Notes: generated by a model not told the origin, from the letters alone. Shown: positions 1 to 10,758, counted from the first letter of the stretch. The stretch: DNA of 64,000 nt from an uncultured Brevinematales bacterium (GCA_964591955.1 CAZQBT010000003.1:28890-92889), one strand, 5' to 3'. Translations and numbers: made by a program.

Positions 1-355
1 GCGCTTCGGCAAAATCGGTAAGTATTTCCACGAACTGGTCGATAATTCTCTGTATAAAAATAAGACGGTCTATATTAGTGCTGTATGTATAATGCTTTAT
101 TACATAAAAATTAGTGATATTCGGGCTTATCTGTTCCGTAATTTTTTGTAATTTTGCAAACAGGGTGTATAGGAAATAAGGAGTGATTTCCTTATCAAAA
201 AAGTCAAAGGTTAAATCAAGGAAGAGGTTTTTTGTTTTAATCTCCAAATTTTCATAATCAACGGGAATCATATCAAGAATACCGGTCATCCTGAATTTAT
301 CCTCAATCGCAAAAAGCTCTGTATGTCGCGGGGTAAGTATGATTGCAGAATCCAT
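1..355 (-). CDS. Hypothetical protein, 5' part (runs off the window start)
   Basis: Hand translation of the minus strand: ATG at 355 after GGGAAGAGG RBS, open to position 1 (MDSAIILTPRHTELFAIEDKF...). Absent from the ORF track because it has no stop in the window. Confidence 0.6.
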   Translation of the reverse strand, partial: MDSAIILTPRHTELFAIEDKFRMTGILDMIPVDYENLEIKTKNLFLDLTFDFFDKEITPYFLYTLFAKLQKITEQISPNITNFYVIKHYTYSTNIDRLIFIQRIIDQFVEILTDFAEA

Positions 356-387
356 CGTAGCCTCTTCCCGTATAATATGATAATAAA

Positions 388-478
388 ATAATAAAGAGAG
401 ATAATAGTATTGTCAACCGTATAATAAACGAAATTTAAACGCTGTGCCTATTGACAAAACGGAAATTTATTATATCAT
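388..478. promoter_or_regulatory. Divergent sigma70-like promoters
   Basis: Plus strand TTGACA(451-456)-16 bp-TATCAT(473-478). Minus strand TTGACA(416-411)-17 bp-TATTAT. Confidence 0.55.
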
Positions 479-506
479 AAGAAAACCAAAAAAAGGAGAG
501 TGTAAG

Positions 507-1769
507 ATGAAGAAGATATTGATTATCATAGCTTTGGCATTGTTTAGTTTAATGTCTTGCGGAAGAGGACCTCAACTGACCTTTATGGTCGGAGGAGCGC
601 CGAATGAATTGGCATACTGGGAAGAGGTTTTGGATGCGTTTGAGAAAGAAACCGGAATTTCCGTAAATATGATAAGGCAGGCAAGCGACACGGAACAGCG
701 CAAGCAAAGTATCCTTATAGCGCTTCGCGGACAGCGTCCCGACCCGGATGTTATGCTTATGGACGTTGCGTGGATAGGACAACTTGCATCCTCGGAATGG
801 CTTGAGCCTCTTGATGATTACAACATCGACGCGTCTCCGTTTTTCCCGAGCATTGTCAATCTTGCAGACACATACGAAAGTCAACTTGTCGGGCTTCCCG
901 TTTACGTGGACGGCGGTTTGCTTTACTACCGCAAAGATTTGCTTGAGAAATACGGATATAATAAGCCTCCCGCATATTGGAGCGAACTTGTTGAGATGGC
1001 TAAGAAAATCCAGGCAGAGGAACGAAAGACAAACCCCAATTTCTGGGGGTATGTATGGCAGGGCGCTCAATATGAGGGGCTTATTTGTAATGCGCTTGAG
1101 GTGTTTGCATCGGCAGGCGGAGGGTTTTTGGGACCTGAGGGAAACTCTATCGTAAATTCTCCCGCTAACGTTATAGCGTTACAAACGATGGTTGATTTTA
1201 TCAATAAGCATAAAGTATCTCCTCCCAACACATATACCGATATGAAAGAGGAGGAAGTGAGGCAGATGTTCCAAAACGGGAATGCTCTGTTTGAACGCAA
1301 TTGGCCCTACGCATACGGTCTCCATCGCGCGGAGGATTCCACCGTTCGTGATAAATTCGATACCGCGCCTTTACCGTCTTTTCCCGGCGGTAGCAGCGCA
1401 TCAACTCTCGGCGGATGGCATATCGGCATATCAAGGTTTTCCGATATGAAAGAGGAAGCCGCAAAATTGGTTGAGTTTATTACATCTTATGAAACCCAGA
1501 AAAAATTAGCGGTTACTCTCGGATGGAATCCGGGTCGAATGGATGTTTACACGAACCCAGAGGTTATCGAGGCTAACCCCAATATCCAAAATCTTAAGGA
1601 GATATTTATGGGGGCAATCCCGCGTCCGACAGTCCCGTATTACTCCCAGCTTTCGGTTATACTTCAGCGTCATCTAAACGCGGCGCTTGCCGGTAACGTT
1701 GAACCCAATAAAGCTATTGAAGCGGCGCACACTGAAATTTCCAAGGTTCTTGAAGAATATGCAAAGTAA
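507..1769 (+). CDS. Sugar ABC transporter substrate-binding lipoprotein (trehalose/maltose-binding type)
   Basis: ATG at 507 after AGGAG; lipobox LMSC; motifs PDVMLMDVAWIGQ, GLLYYRKDLL, FERNWPYAY and STLGGWHIGI typical of CUT1 trehalose/maltose binding proteins. Confidence 0.88.
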   Translation: MKKILIIIALALFSLMSCGRGPQLTFMVGGAPNELAYWEEVLDAFEKETGISVNMIRQASDTEQRKQSILIALRGQRPDPDVMLMDVAWIGQLASSEWLEPLDDYNIDASPFFPSIVNLADTYESQLVGLPVYVDGGLLYYRKDLLEKYGYNKPPAYWSELVEMAKKIQAEERKTNPNFWGYVWQGAQYEGLICNALEVFASAGGGFLGPEGNSIVNSPANVIALQTMVDFINKHKVSPPNTYTDMKEEEVRQMFQNGNALFERNWPYAYGLHRAEDSTVRDKFDTAPLPSFPGGSSASTLGGWHIGISRFSDMKEEAAKLVEFITSYETQKKLAVTLGWNPGRMDVYTNPEVIEANPNIQNLKEIFMGAIPRPTVPYYSQLSVILQRHLNAALAGNVEPNKAIEAAHTEISKVLEEYAK

Positions 1770-2655
1770 ATTTTTAGTCCAATATGAAAAGCGAGAGGTG
1801 AGGAACGCGTATGCGTTCCTCACCCCTATTTTAATTGTCATTTTTCTTTTTATTCTTTTTCCCGTTATCGGAACTCTGTGGAAAAGTTTTTATCAGGACA
1901 CGTCCTTTCTTCCCTTTGAGTTTGTGGGGTTCAGGAATTACGCGCAAATCCTGTCGGACACGAAGTTCTGGAGCGCTTTGGTTTTTACCCTGCTTTTTGC
2001 TCTTGCAACGGTAGTTCTTGAGGCGGTTTTCGGGCTTATTTTCGCCCTTCTTTTAAACGAGAGTTTTAAGGGCAGGGGTATAATGCGCGCAGTTATTCTA
2101 ATTCCCTGGGCTATTCCCACTATAGTTTCCGCTCAAATCTGGCGTCTGATGTATGACTATACCTACGGGATTATTAACCATCTACTGACATCGTTGGGCT
2201 TTATAGCGGATAAGGTAAGCTGGATGGGGACAACATCAAGCGCGTTCTGGGCGCTTGTTATTTCCGATGTATGGAAGACTACGCCGTTTGTGGTGATTAT
2301 ACTTCTTGCGGGATTACAGGCTATACCGCAGGATATTTATAAACAGGCGCGCGTGGACGGAGCTAAGATGTTTAAGCGGTTTCGTTCTATAACGCTTCCG
2401 CTTGTTGCGCCGGTTTTGCTTATCGCGCTTATTTTCCGCACTATTGATGCTATCAGGATATTCGACCTCGTTTATGTTCTGACGGGCGGGGCGCCCGGCG
2501 GCACTACCGAAACCCTGTCTTTTATCGGGTATAATTATTTCACCGGGGACATTTTCGGGATGGGGTCGGCTATTTCGGTAATCACTTTTATTGTCTCCTT
2601 TATGATTACCATACTTTACATAAAGCTCGGACGTTTCGAGAAAAATATCAAATAG
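1759..2655 (+). CDS. Sugar ABC transporter permease (MalF-like)
   Basis: Multiple TM segments; EAA-loop-like IYKQARVDGA; start moved to ATG 1759, which overlaps the end of the binding protein gene. Confidence 0.9.
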   Translation: MQSKFLVQYEKREVRNAYAFLTPILIVIFLFILFPVIGTLWKSFYQDTSFLPFEFVGFRNYAQILSDTKFWSALVFTLLFALATVVLEAVFGLIFALLLNESFKGRGIMRAVILIPWAIPTIVSAQIWRLMYDYTYGIINHLLTSLGFIADKVSWMGTTSSAFWALVISDVWKTTPFVVIILLAGLQAIPQDIYKQARVDGAKMFKRFRSITLPLVAPVLLIALIFRTIDAIRIFDLVYVLTGGAPGGTTETLSFIGYNYFTGDIFGMGSAISVITFIVSFMITILYIKLGRFEKNIK

Positions 2656-2665
2656 GAGATTCATC

Positions 2666-3499
2666 GTGAGAGAAAAAAACATAAAGTCCATACTGATTTT
2701 TGCTGGGGTCTTGTTTTTACTTGCTTTTGCGCTCTCCCCGTTTATATGGATGATGATAATATCCTTGTCGGATCGCCCTGATTTTCTCGGAAATGCCGAA
2801 GTGGATTATATATTTACTCTTAAAAATTATGTAGAGATTCTTACCTCAAGACGTCTCCATTTTATGGACTATTTTAAAAACAGTCTGTTTATTTCAATAA
2901 TAGTGTCGGTAGCGGTGTCGGTAATAGCGAGTTTTGCGGGCTATGCCGTATCAAGGCTTCGCTTTCCCGGACGGATTGCTGTTCCGCTTTTTGTGCTTGC
3001 TATGTCGATGTTTCCCCAGATAAGTATAGTCGGGTATCTTTACACTATATTCGCCGATTTAGGGCTTCTGAATACATACATCGCGCTGATACTTCCCTAT
3101 ATAGCGTGGACGGTGCCTATCGCGCTGTGGATAAATATGAGCTATTTTGCGCAAATACCCGTTGACTTGGATAAAGCGGCGCTTGTGGACGGGGCGAGCC
3201 GCACCAAAACGTTGTTTAAGGTAATACTTCCCATAGCCCTCCCCGGCATTTTTTCCTCGTTCCTGTTGGTGTTTATAGCGTGTTTTAACGAATTTCTTTT
3301 TGCGATGATGCTTACGACCGACCATATAGCGCAGACAATTCCTGTGGGTATTGCGCTGTTCAGGGGAACTCACGGCGAAATCCCATGGGGTAATATGATG
3401 GCGGCATCGGCTATCGCCTCGGTTCCGCTTGTTATCCTGACTTTGATTTTCCAGAAATATATTGTGCAGGGTTTATCTGCAGGCTCGGTTAAGGGCTGA
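2666..3499 (+). CDS. Sugar ABC transporter permease (MalG-like)
   Basis: LDKAALVDGAS EAA loop; C-terminal FQKYIVQGLSAGSVKG. Confidence 0.9.
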   Translation: MREKNIKSILIFAGVLFLLAFALSPFIWMMIISLSDRPDFLGNAEVDYIFTLKNYVEILTSRRLHFMDYFKNSLFISIIVSVAVSVIASFAGYAVSRLRFPGRIAVPLFVLAMSMFPQISIVGYLYTIFADLGLLNTYIALILPYIAWTVPIALWINMSYFAQIPVDLDKAALVDGASRTKTLFKVILPIALPGIFSSFLLVFIACFNEFLFAMMLTTDHIAQTIPVGIALFRGTHGEIPWGNMMAASAIASVPLVILTLIFQKYIVQGLSAGSVKG

Positions 3500-3521
3500 T
3501 AATTTACAAATTTAGGAGAAA

Positions 3522-4643
3522 ATGATGAAAACTACAAGTATAACGCTTGAAGCAATAGAAAAGGGATGGAACACCCTTCGCGGGAAAGTTACCGCGCTGA
3601 AAAAAATTGATTTGCATATAGAAAAAGGGGAGTTTTTTGTCCTGTTGGGACCATCGGGATGCGGAAAAAGCACATTGCTGAACCTTATAGCCGGGCTTGA
3701 GAAGCCCACATCGGGCAAGATAGTTTTCGGCGAACGAACGGTCGCCTCGCCAAGCGATAAGATTATGCTTGCGCCGTTTGAACGCGACGTTGCGATGGTT
3801 TTCCAGAGTTACGCTCTCTATCCGCATATGACTATTGAGGATAACCTGATTTTTCCTCTGACAAACCTTAAACCCAGACCCAAAAAGTCTGAAATGAAAA
3901 AGAAGGCGCATGATGCGGCAAAACTTCTTCAGATAGAAAATCTTTTGGACAGGAAACCCTCCGAACTCTCCGGCGGGCAACGTCAACGCGTGGCAATCGG
4001 GCGCGCCATAGTCCGCGACCCGGAAATTTTCCTTATGGATGAGCCGTTGTCCAACCTCGATGCAAAACTTCGCGGGGATATGCGCGCACAGTTAAAGGGT
4101 CTCCAGCAAAAACTCGGCGTTACGACTGTCTATGTAACCCACGACCAGCTTGAGGCGATGACTCTCGGCGACCGTATCGCTGTCCTTAACGACGGGTATG
4201 TCCAGCAGCTCGGAACTCCTATGGACGTGTTCAACAAGCCTACAAACGTGTTTGTAGCAAGGTTTATCGGTTCTCCTACAATGAATATCTTTGAAGGCGA
4301 TATAGGTATCAAGGACGGGGTTCCTGTTTTGGATTCCCCGTCGGTAACGGTATTTCTCCCGCCGGAAATATCCGAAAAATTCCACAAGGCAGGCGGAACT
4401 CATTTTACAATCGGCGTGCGTCCCGAACATTTCGATATCCTTCCCAAGGGCGAGGGGGATATTGAGGTTAAGGTTGACGTTGTCGAGCATATCGGCACGG
4501 AGCATCTCTTGTATGTCTTTCTGCCCGACGGAAACCAGATTGTGATTAAAACTACCGAAATGCCGGACGGCGACGAGTTTTCGCTGGGGATAATCCCGGA
4601 GAAAGCCCATCTCTTTGACGAAATGGGGTTCAGGTTAGGATAG
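3522..4643 (+). CDS. Sugar ABC transporter ATP-binding protein (MalK-like)
   Basis: Walker A GPSGCGKST, signature LSGGQRQRVA, Walker B FLMDEP, C-terminal GVRPEH TOBE region. Confidence 0.93.
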   Translation: MMKTTSITLEAIEKGWNTLRGKVTALKKIDLHIEKGEFFVLLGPSGCGKSTLLNLIAGLEKPTSGKIVFGERTVASPSDKIMLAPFERDVAMVFQSYALYPHMTIEDNLIFPLTNLKPRPKKSEMKKKAHDAAKLLQIENLLDRKPSELSGGQRQRVAIGRAIVRDPEIFLMDEPLSNLDAKLRGDMRAQLKGLQQKLGVTTVYVTHDQLEAMTLGDRIAVLNDGYVQQLGTPMDVFNKPTNVFVARFIGSPTMNIFEGDIGIKDGVPVLDSPSVTVFLPPEISEKFHKAGGTHFTIGVRPEHFDILPKGEGDIEVKVDVVEHIGTEHLLYVFLPDGNQIVIKTTEMPDGDEFSLGIIPEKAHLFDEMGFRLG

Positions 4644-4780
4644 GGGAAAAGGGGGTAGGTTGACTATGACTATATTTTTCCCCGAATATCTGCCGGAGAA
4701 ATTAAATAAACTACACGCTTGCAGATAGCGAAGGTATTAAAAAACTATTTCGCTTTTTCGGCATCATAATCAAAAAAGAC

Positions 4781-4831
4781 TTGACATATATTGCCCTACA
4801 CATTATGATTATTGCGACAATAGTAGGGCAA
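4781..4831 (+). promoter_or_regulatory. Sigma70 promoter with overlapping inverted-repeat operator
   Basis: TTGACA(4781)-17 bp-TATGAT(4804); inverted repeat TTGCCCTAC(4791-4799)/GTAGGGCAA(4823-4831); inner palindrome TATTG-cga-CAATA(4810-4822). Confidence 0.7.
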
Positions 4832-4836
4832 CAGGA

Positions 4837-5154
4837 GTGGCAATGATTATAAAAGATGTTAATCGCGAAGAATATGAGCGCCAGTTGAAACTTCTTGAGA
4901 GTTACCGCGCTATGATTTCACAATTGCCGAAGGGCTGTATAAACAAAAAAAAGCGGGGAAATGGAATATATATCTATCTTAATTATCGTGAAGGTTCTAA
5001 AGTAAAAAGCCGTTATATTGGGAAATCGGGTTCGGATGCTGCCGAAAAAATTGTCGTTCAGATTGAAAAAAGACGGGATATAGAGAATAAGCTAAAAGAA
5101 GTAAAAAACAATATTTGCGAATTAGAAAGGGTAAAAAAATGGTTTCAAACTTAA
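4837..5154 (+). CDS. Small basic hypothetical protein, probable DNA-binding/antitoxin-like (DUF6788-like)
   Basis: GTG after AGGA; pattern LPKG..KK..G..YIYL.YREG.KVKSRYIG followed by a coiled coil; overlaps the next gene. Confidence 0.6.
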   Translation: MAMIIKDVNREEYERQLKLLESYRAMISQLPKGCINKKKRGNGIYIYLNYREGSKVKSRYIGKSGSDAAEKIVVQIEKRRDIENKLKEVKNNICELERVKKWFQT

Positions 5155-5483
5155 AGGAATTTCGCAGTATTTTAAAGAAATTTGACGAAGCGGACTTGTT
5201 TGATGTTTTTATTGTAATCGGGAGTTGGGCGGTTTATTTATATCAATTTATTTTACCAAACGGGGGAAAATTGTCTTCTGTAAGAACATTAGACTTGGAT
5301 TTATTGGTTCGTGATAACCATAATTCGGAAAAGCAAACGGATGTTTCGGTATTAATGACTGATTTAGGGTTTAATTTAATATTTGATTATTACACAGGGC
5401 TATATAAATTCTCAAACCCAAATTTGGAAATAGAGTTTTTAATTAATCAAAAAGGCGCTGTCCGCTTAGAACAACGCCTTTGA
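5139..5483 (+). pseudogene. Truncated Pol-beta-fold nucleotidyltransferase (GSU2403/AbiEii-like), probable toxin remnant
   Basis: IVIGSWA...RTLDLDLLV (GS + DxD) and EIEFL motifs; ends abruptly after FLINQKG at about 114 aa, against a convergent lipoprotein gene. Confidence 0.55.
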
Positions 5484-5505
5484 TAAACCCTTTTGACGAA
5501 ACTGT

Positions 5506-5838
5506 CTAAATCCTTTCCCATTCTGAAGTGCCGCCACCATCTAATGTAAACATAAGGGTGTTTCCGGAAATACTATAAGTAAATGATTGTTTCGCATCTT
5601 CTTTTCCTTCCACCCAACGCGTTCCACTGCCTCCGGAAGCTTCATACTTAAATTCCGATACCTGAGTTTCGGATGAATAGCCACGCATATAGCCGTCGGA
5701 AGTAAATTCAATACTAAGGCTTGGTAGGACTACCGATCTCCACTTTCCAACTAACTCTTCATCAATAGCGGGGCCACAACTTGATAACATAGCTACAAAG
5801 GCAAGTGCAAAAAACAACACACTGATTTTTTTAAGCAT
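5506..5838 (-). CDS. Small lipoprotein of unknown function
   Basis: AGGAGG RBS; signal peptide with lipobox LSSC; LVGKW start of a small beta-rich domain. Confidence 0.75.
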   Translation of the reverse strand: MLKKISVLFFALAFVAMLSSCGPAIDEELVGKWRSVVLPSLSIEFTSDGYMRGYSSETQVSEFKYEASGGSGTRWVEGKEDAKQSFTYSISGNTLMFTLDGGGTSEWERI

Positions 5839-6086
5839 AGGTGTTCCTCCTAAATTTAAAGATATATTTTTTTTAAAATTTACAATCCCATTTTTGTATT
5901 TTCGGAAATTTGCAATTACTTTTCGCCGATATAATACACGTTGCCCTTTTTTTTGTCAAATTTAACGTTAGAATTTTTTATTAATTTTTCTTTCGTCCTG
6001 CGGGTTTCAACCCAACCTCTCCGTTGCTTGATAAAAACAGCCGTTTTGCTTAAAATTATACTAACGTTTATGTTTCAGGGAAAATT

Positions 6087-8903
6087 ATGAATCTTTACGA
6101 GGTTAAAGAAAAACTTGAGGGGTATCTCGGCGAAATAGGGTTTGCAGACACGGGAAATGCATATTACAGGGTTAAGGAGTTGTTGGACTATGCCCCCGAT
6201 ATACCGGATATTATCGGGAAGGCGCTTGTATCCTGCGGGGATAGTCTTAACCCCGATGATTGTCTTTTTAATCTGACTAATTTTGTCGGGCGTTCCATAT
6301 CGCCTTATACGGTCTTGAAAGAGCTTGTAACGGATGAGCGGTATCTTAACACGGCTTTTACTATATTCAGCGCGTCAAAATATTTATCCTCTATACTGAT
6401 GGTTGACCCGAATTTGTTTTACTGGCTTTTTGAGTCGGGGACTCTCTATGTTCCATCTGTGGAGGAAATACGCGGGGAGGCTTTTTCGCTTATCGACAGG
6501 TTTAAAACCCGCGAGTTTTTTTTGGATGCTTTAAACCATTTTAAGATGAAATACCTGCTTTTGTTTGCAGTCCGCGAACTGATAAAATTAGACGATATTA
6601 ACAGGACTACGCTTTATTTATCGAATCTTGCGGATATTATCCTTGAAACCGGTTACCGTATAAACAAGCGGGATTATCCCGACAGCGAATTTGCCGTGCT
6701 GAGCTTAGGCAAACTCGGCGGACGTGAGGTGAATTTCAGTTCCGACCTTGACTTGATTTTTGTTTCGGATAATAAACAAGACCGTCGGGTGATTAATTTT
6801 GCCCGAAGCGTCATTGACGACCTTACTTTTCGCTCAAAGAACGGGTATCTTTTCCGTATTGATATGAGACTTCGTCCCGAGGGCGAATTGTCTCCTCTTG
6901 TTACGGACTTTGGTTATATGAGGAATTATCTTGAAACTCGCGCCCGTGCGTGGGAACGTCAGGCTTATATCCGCGCGAGACTTTCCGCAGGCGATATTAA
7001 TATCGGGAATAAGGCGCTTGACGTTATCGGGAATTTTGTCTATCGCGAGACCTTGACTATCTATGATATTCGCTCCATTATCTTTATTAAAAACGAGATG
7101 GACGGGTCGGTATCGGGTGCGCCTGTTGCTAATGTCAAGAAAGGTATGGGAGGTATCCGCGATATCGAGTTTATCGTTCAGGCTTTTCAGCTTCTTTTCG
7201 GCAAACGTATTAAAGAGCTTCGCAGCGCCAATATTTTCTTTGCGCTTGATACTCTCTATTACAGCGAAATTATCAGTCTTGATGAGGTTGAATTGCTTAA
7301 AGAGGGGTATTATTTTTTACGAAGGCTTGAACATTACCTCCAGTTACAGGAAAACCTGCAGGTCTTTGAGCTTCCCGACGACAAGGGTAAGCTAAAGATA
7401 CTTTCCAACCTGATGGGATACGGCGATACGGATAGTTTTAACGATTATTATATGGATATGCGTTCCCGTATCCGCGAGCTTTTTACCGAAATATTTTCCC
7501 GCTTGTTCGGAGAGGGTGAAATTGCTCCCGTCAGTGAAATCGTTATGAATACCGGGGCGGAGGAGAAACAGTCGCTTGAGATTCTTTCAAGCTACGGGTT
7601 TAAAGAACCGAAAAATATCCTGAGATTTTTACAAAATATTGCAAGTATTTCGCCACGCATAAAAACCTCGCTTGCCCTTTCGTTGAATTTTGTTCTCAAG
7701 GAGTGTTCGGTGTCTTTAAGCCCCGATGAGACTTTTTTTAACCTCTTTTCGATAATGCAATCCTACGGGGCGCTTTCTATGTTTTTACGTCTTATCCGTT
7801 ACGACAATAAATTCCGTGATTTGTTGGCGGGGGTTATTTCGGGTAGCGGTATTTTAAGTTCATTGGTTAAGGACAGCCCCGGCATTATTGATATGTTTCT
7901 CGACCCCGAAGCGTTGGATACCGATGATGATATCGGGGAGTATTTCGGGATGGTTATGGACGTGTTCGGCGGAGATTTTAAAAAATCGCTTGAGCGTTTA
8001 AAGGATGAGCTTTTCTTTAAAACATCCATACGCGAATACGGCGGCGCTATTGATTTTTTTAAGGCGGGGATGATTTACAGCGACGTTATCGATTTTGTTA
8101 TAGACAAATCCGCTTCTTATATTGAGCGCCCGGAAACGTCAAAGTATGTTATTATAGCTATGGGGCGGTTGGGATGCCGTGAGATGATGTATGGTTCGGA
8201 TGCCGATGTTGTTTTTTTGTATGACGGGGACGTTTCGCAGATTGCCGATTACTCCTCGTTTTTCAGGGACTTGATTAAGTTTTGTTCAAAGTCGGTTGAG
8301 CTTGATGCAAGACTTCGTCCTAACGGCAAAAACTCTTCTTTATGTATGAATCTTTCCGGGTTTAGGGAGTATCTTCACGATAAGGCGGAATTCTGGGAAA
8401 AGGTCGCTTACCGGAAATCCCGTATCATTTCCCGTTATGATACAAAAAGCGCTTGTAAGATTGAGGATACTATCAGGCGGTTTGTTTTAGACGGCGATAA
8501 CTCTCAAGACCGCAGTGAAATATTAAATCTCAGGGAGAAAATCCATTCGGCATATACGGTCGCAGGGGAATTCAATATAAAAAAGGATGCCGGCGGGATT
8601 ATGGATATGGATTTTATAGTTTTTGAGGAAATACGAAAACGGAAAATCGAGGATTTCAGTTATTCCACTTACGTTAATTTGCGTAATTTCGGTATGGACA
8701 AGCTCGCCGAAGTTTATCAATTTTACCGTCGTATGGAAAACGCATTGCGTATTACTAAGGAAAATATCGGTAGCGGTATAAAACTTGATAATTCGGAGTT
8801 TATGCAATGGTTCGGGATGCGGTTGGGTTTTTCGAATAAATCCGAGTTTGAGGCTGTTTTGGAAAAAAAACGAAATTATGTAAAGGGTTTTTTGGAGACT
8901 TAG
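6087..8903 (+). CDS. glnE: Bifunctional glutamine synthetase adenylyltransferase/deadenylylase
   Basis: Two NT domains (GKLGGREVNFSSDLDLIF; GRLGCREMMYGSDADVVF), DMRLRPEG / DARLRPNG, KKGMGGIRDIEF. Confidence 0.9.
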   Translation: MNLYEVKEKLEGYLGEIGFADTGNAYYRVKELLDYAPDIPDIIGKALVSCGDSLNPDDCLFNLTNFVGRSISPYTVLKELVTDERYLNTAFTIFSASKYLSSILMVDPNLFYWLFESGTLYVPSVEEIRGEAFSLIDRFKTREFFLDALNHFKMKYLLLFAVRELIKLDDINRTTLYLSNLADIILETGYRINKRDYPDSEFAVLSLGKLGGREVNFSSDLDLIFVSDNKQDRRVINFARSVIDDLTFRSKNGYLFRIDMRLRPEGELSPLVTDFGYMRNYLETRARAWERQAYIRARLSAGDINIGNKALDVIGNFVYRETLTIYDIRSIIFIKNEMDGSVSGAPVANVKKGMGGIRDIEFIVQAFQLLFGKRIKELRSANIFFALDTLYYSEIISLDEVELLKEGYYFLRRLEHYLQLQENLQVFELPDDKGKLKILSNLMGYGDTDSFNDYYMDMRSRIRELFTEIFSRLFGEGEIAPVSEIVMNTGAEEKQSLEILSSYGFKEPKNILRFLQNIASISPRIKTSLALSLNFVLKECSVSLSPDETFFNLFSIMQSYGALSMFLRLIRYDNKFRDLLAGVISGSGILSSLVKDSPGIIDMFLDPEALDTDDDIGEYFGMVMDVFGGDFKKSLERLKDELFFKTSIREYGGAIDFFKAGMIYSDVIDFVIDKSASYIERPETSKYVIIAMGRLGCREMMYGSDADVVFLYDGDVSQIADYSSFFRDLIKFCSKSVELDARLRPNGKNSSLCMNLSGFREYLHDKAEFWEKVAYRKSRIISRYDTKSACKIEDTIRRFVLDGDNSQDRSEILNLREKIHSAYTVAGEFNIKKDAGGIMDMDFIVFEEIRKRKIEDFSYSTYVNLRNFGMDKLAEVYQFYRRMENALRITKENIGSGIKLDNSEFMQWFGMRLGFSNKSEFEAVLEKKRNYVKGFLET

Positions 8904-9027
8904 CGGGCATTGCAAATTTTATAATTGTAGCGCAAAATTTTATTTCTTTAAAAATAATTCAAAATTTAGCTTGAGTTTTTATTGAATTCATTTTAATCTA
9001 TTAGTATAAAGTATTCGGGAGGGAAAA

Positions 9028-10518
9028 ATGCCTAAAGATAAAATAAAAGTTTTGCTTGTTGCAAGCGAGGCTGTGCCTTTTGCCAAAGTGGGCGGGCTTG
9101 CCGACGTTGTAGGGGCGCAGGGCAAAAATCTTGCAGAGGCGGGACTTGACCTTCGTGTTGCTATCCCTAAATTTTCTATGGTTTACGACAATATTGTGCG
9201 TTTCGGCGCTAAGATTAAACGCAGCGAGGATATTACTATTTCTATGGAGGGGGGCGAAGAAACCGGCACTATTCAGGAAGTCGAACATCTCGGCGTAAGG
9301 TATTTTTTTGTTGACCATCCCGGGTTTTTTAAACGTAACGGTATTTATCTTGATGAACATACCAAGCAGGATTTTTCCGATAATCTTAAACGTTTTGTAT
9401 TTTTCAGCAAGGCGGTGCTTGAAGGCGCTAAAATTTTTGATTTCCAGCCCGATATTATCCATTCCCACGATTGGCAGACAGGGCTTCTTCCCGTTTACCT
9501 TAAAACTATCTACAAATTGGACTCATTTTATCGTCTGGCGCAGTCGGTTTTTACTATCCATAACCTTGCTTATCAGGGGATATTTCCGGTGGAGCAGTTT
9601 ACAATTACCGGGCTTAACTGGAAATATTTTACAATCAACGGTTTGGAATACTACGGGCATCTCAATCTTATGAAGGGCGGGATTGTGTTTTCCGATGTTA
9701 CCACTACGGTTAGCGAAACCTATGCTAAGGAAATACAAACCCCGGAATACGGTAACGGGCTTGAGGGCGTTATGCGCACCAAGGATATGTATGGTAATTT
9801 GCATGGCATAGTAAACGGCGTTGATTATTCCGAATGGAATCCCGGTATTGATACTTATCTCAATGATAAATATAAACTTAACTATGATTTTGATAACCTT
9901 GAAAACAAGAAAAAAATAAAAGAAATGTTTTTAAAGGAAAATGGTATTAAAAAACCCGATGTTTCCCGCCCGCTTCTCGGCGTAATATCAAGGTTGGTTG
10001 ACCAGAAGGGATGGGATATTCTTTTGGAGATTTTCGACAAACTTATTAAAGAGGATGTTTATATTACCGTTTTGGGGACAGGTAAATACGAATACGAATC
10101 CCGTCTTCGTGAGTTCGGCGAAAAATACGCCGACAAAGCGGTAATTTCCATCGGGTTTGATATTCCGCGTTCACATTATATTGAGGCGGCATCGGATATT
10201 TTCCTTATGCCGTCACGCTTTGAGCCTTGCGGACTAAATCAGCTTTACAGCCTTCGTTACGGCACAATTCCCGTTGTCCGTGAGACAGGCGGGCTTGCGG
10301 ATACGGTCAAGGACGGCAAAACGGGGTTTGCTTTCAAGAATTATAACCCCGACGAGCTTTTCAACACCATAAAGAAAGCGCTTGATTTATTCAAAAAGAA
10401 TCCCGATAAATGGCGCAAAATGATGGAAAGCGGTATGAAAGAGGATTGGTCGTGGGCAAAAGCGGCTAAAAAATATGTCGAGCTTTATAAAAAGGCTGTT
10501 GCCAAAAAGAAAGACTAA
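9028..10518 (+). CDS. glgA: Glycogen synthase
   Basis: KVGGLADV, HSHDWQTG, TIHNLAYQG, PSRFEPCGLNQL, TGGLADTV. Confidence 0.95.
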   Translation: MPKDKIKVLLVASEAVPFAKVGGLADVVGAQGKNLAEAGLDLRVAIPKFSMVYDNIVRFGAKIKRSEDITISMEGGEETGTIQEVEHLGVRYFFVDHPGFFKRNGIYLDEHTKQDFSDNLKRFVFFSKAVLEGAKIFDFQPDIIHSHDWQTGLLPVYLKTIYKLDSFYRLAQSVFTIHNLAYQGIFPVEQFTITGLNWKYFTINGLEYYGHLNLMKGGIVFSDVTTTVSETYAKEIQTPEYGNGLEGVMRTKDMYGNLHGIVNGVDYSEWNPGIDTYLNDKYKLNYDFDNLENKKKIKEMFLKENGIKKPDVSRPLLGVISRLVDQKGWDILLEIFDKLIKEDVYITVLGTGKYEYESRLREFGEKYADKAVISIGFDIPRSHYIEAASDIFLMPSRFEPCGLNQLYSLRYGTIPVVRETGGLADTVKDGKTGFAFKNYNPDELFNTIKKALDLFKKNPDKWRKMMESGMKEDWSWAKAAKKYVELYKKAVAKKKD

Positions 10519-10758
10519 GACATCAAACGACGATTGTTCTTGTAATTAACGAAAAACGGGTTTTTCCGTGAGGCTAATATTGTAGTTTTGCTTTATTCTT
10601 TAATTGTTTGATTCGGTTTGCAGAAGATTCCAAAAAATTTTGTCTTTTAAAGTTGTGTTGCGGTTAAGAATGTTCAGGCGCAAAGATGAGCAATGAGGCT
10701 TTTGATTCCTTGTGTTTATTATGCGACGGGCGACCGTGCGGATGTTTTTACTGCTTAT

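Noticed and set aside
10519-10758. ncRNA or small gene in the 240-bp gap between convergent genes after glgA
   Set aside because: No convincing ORF, stable structure or similarity to the repeat families was seen.
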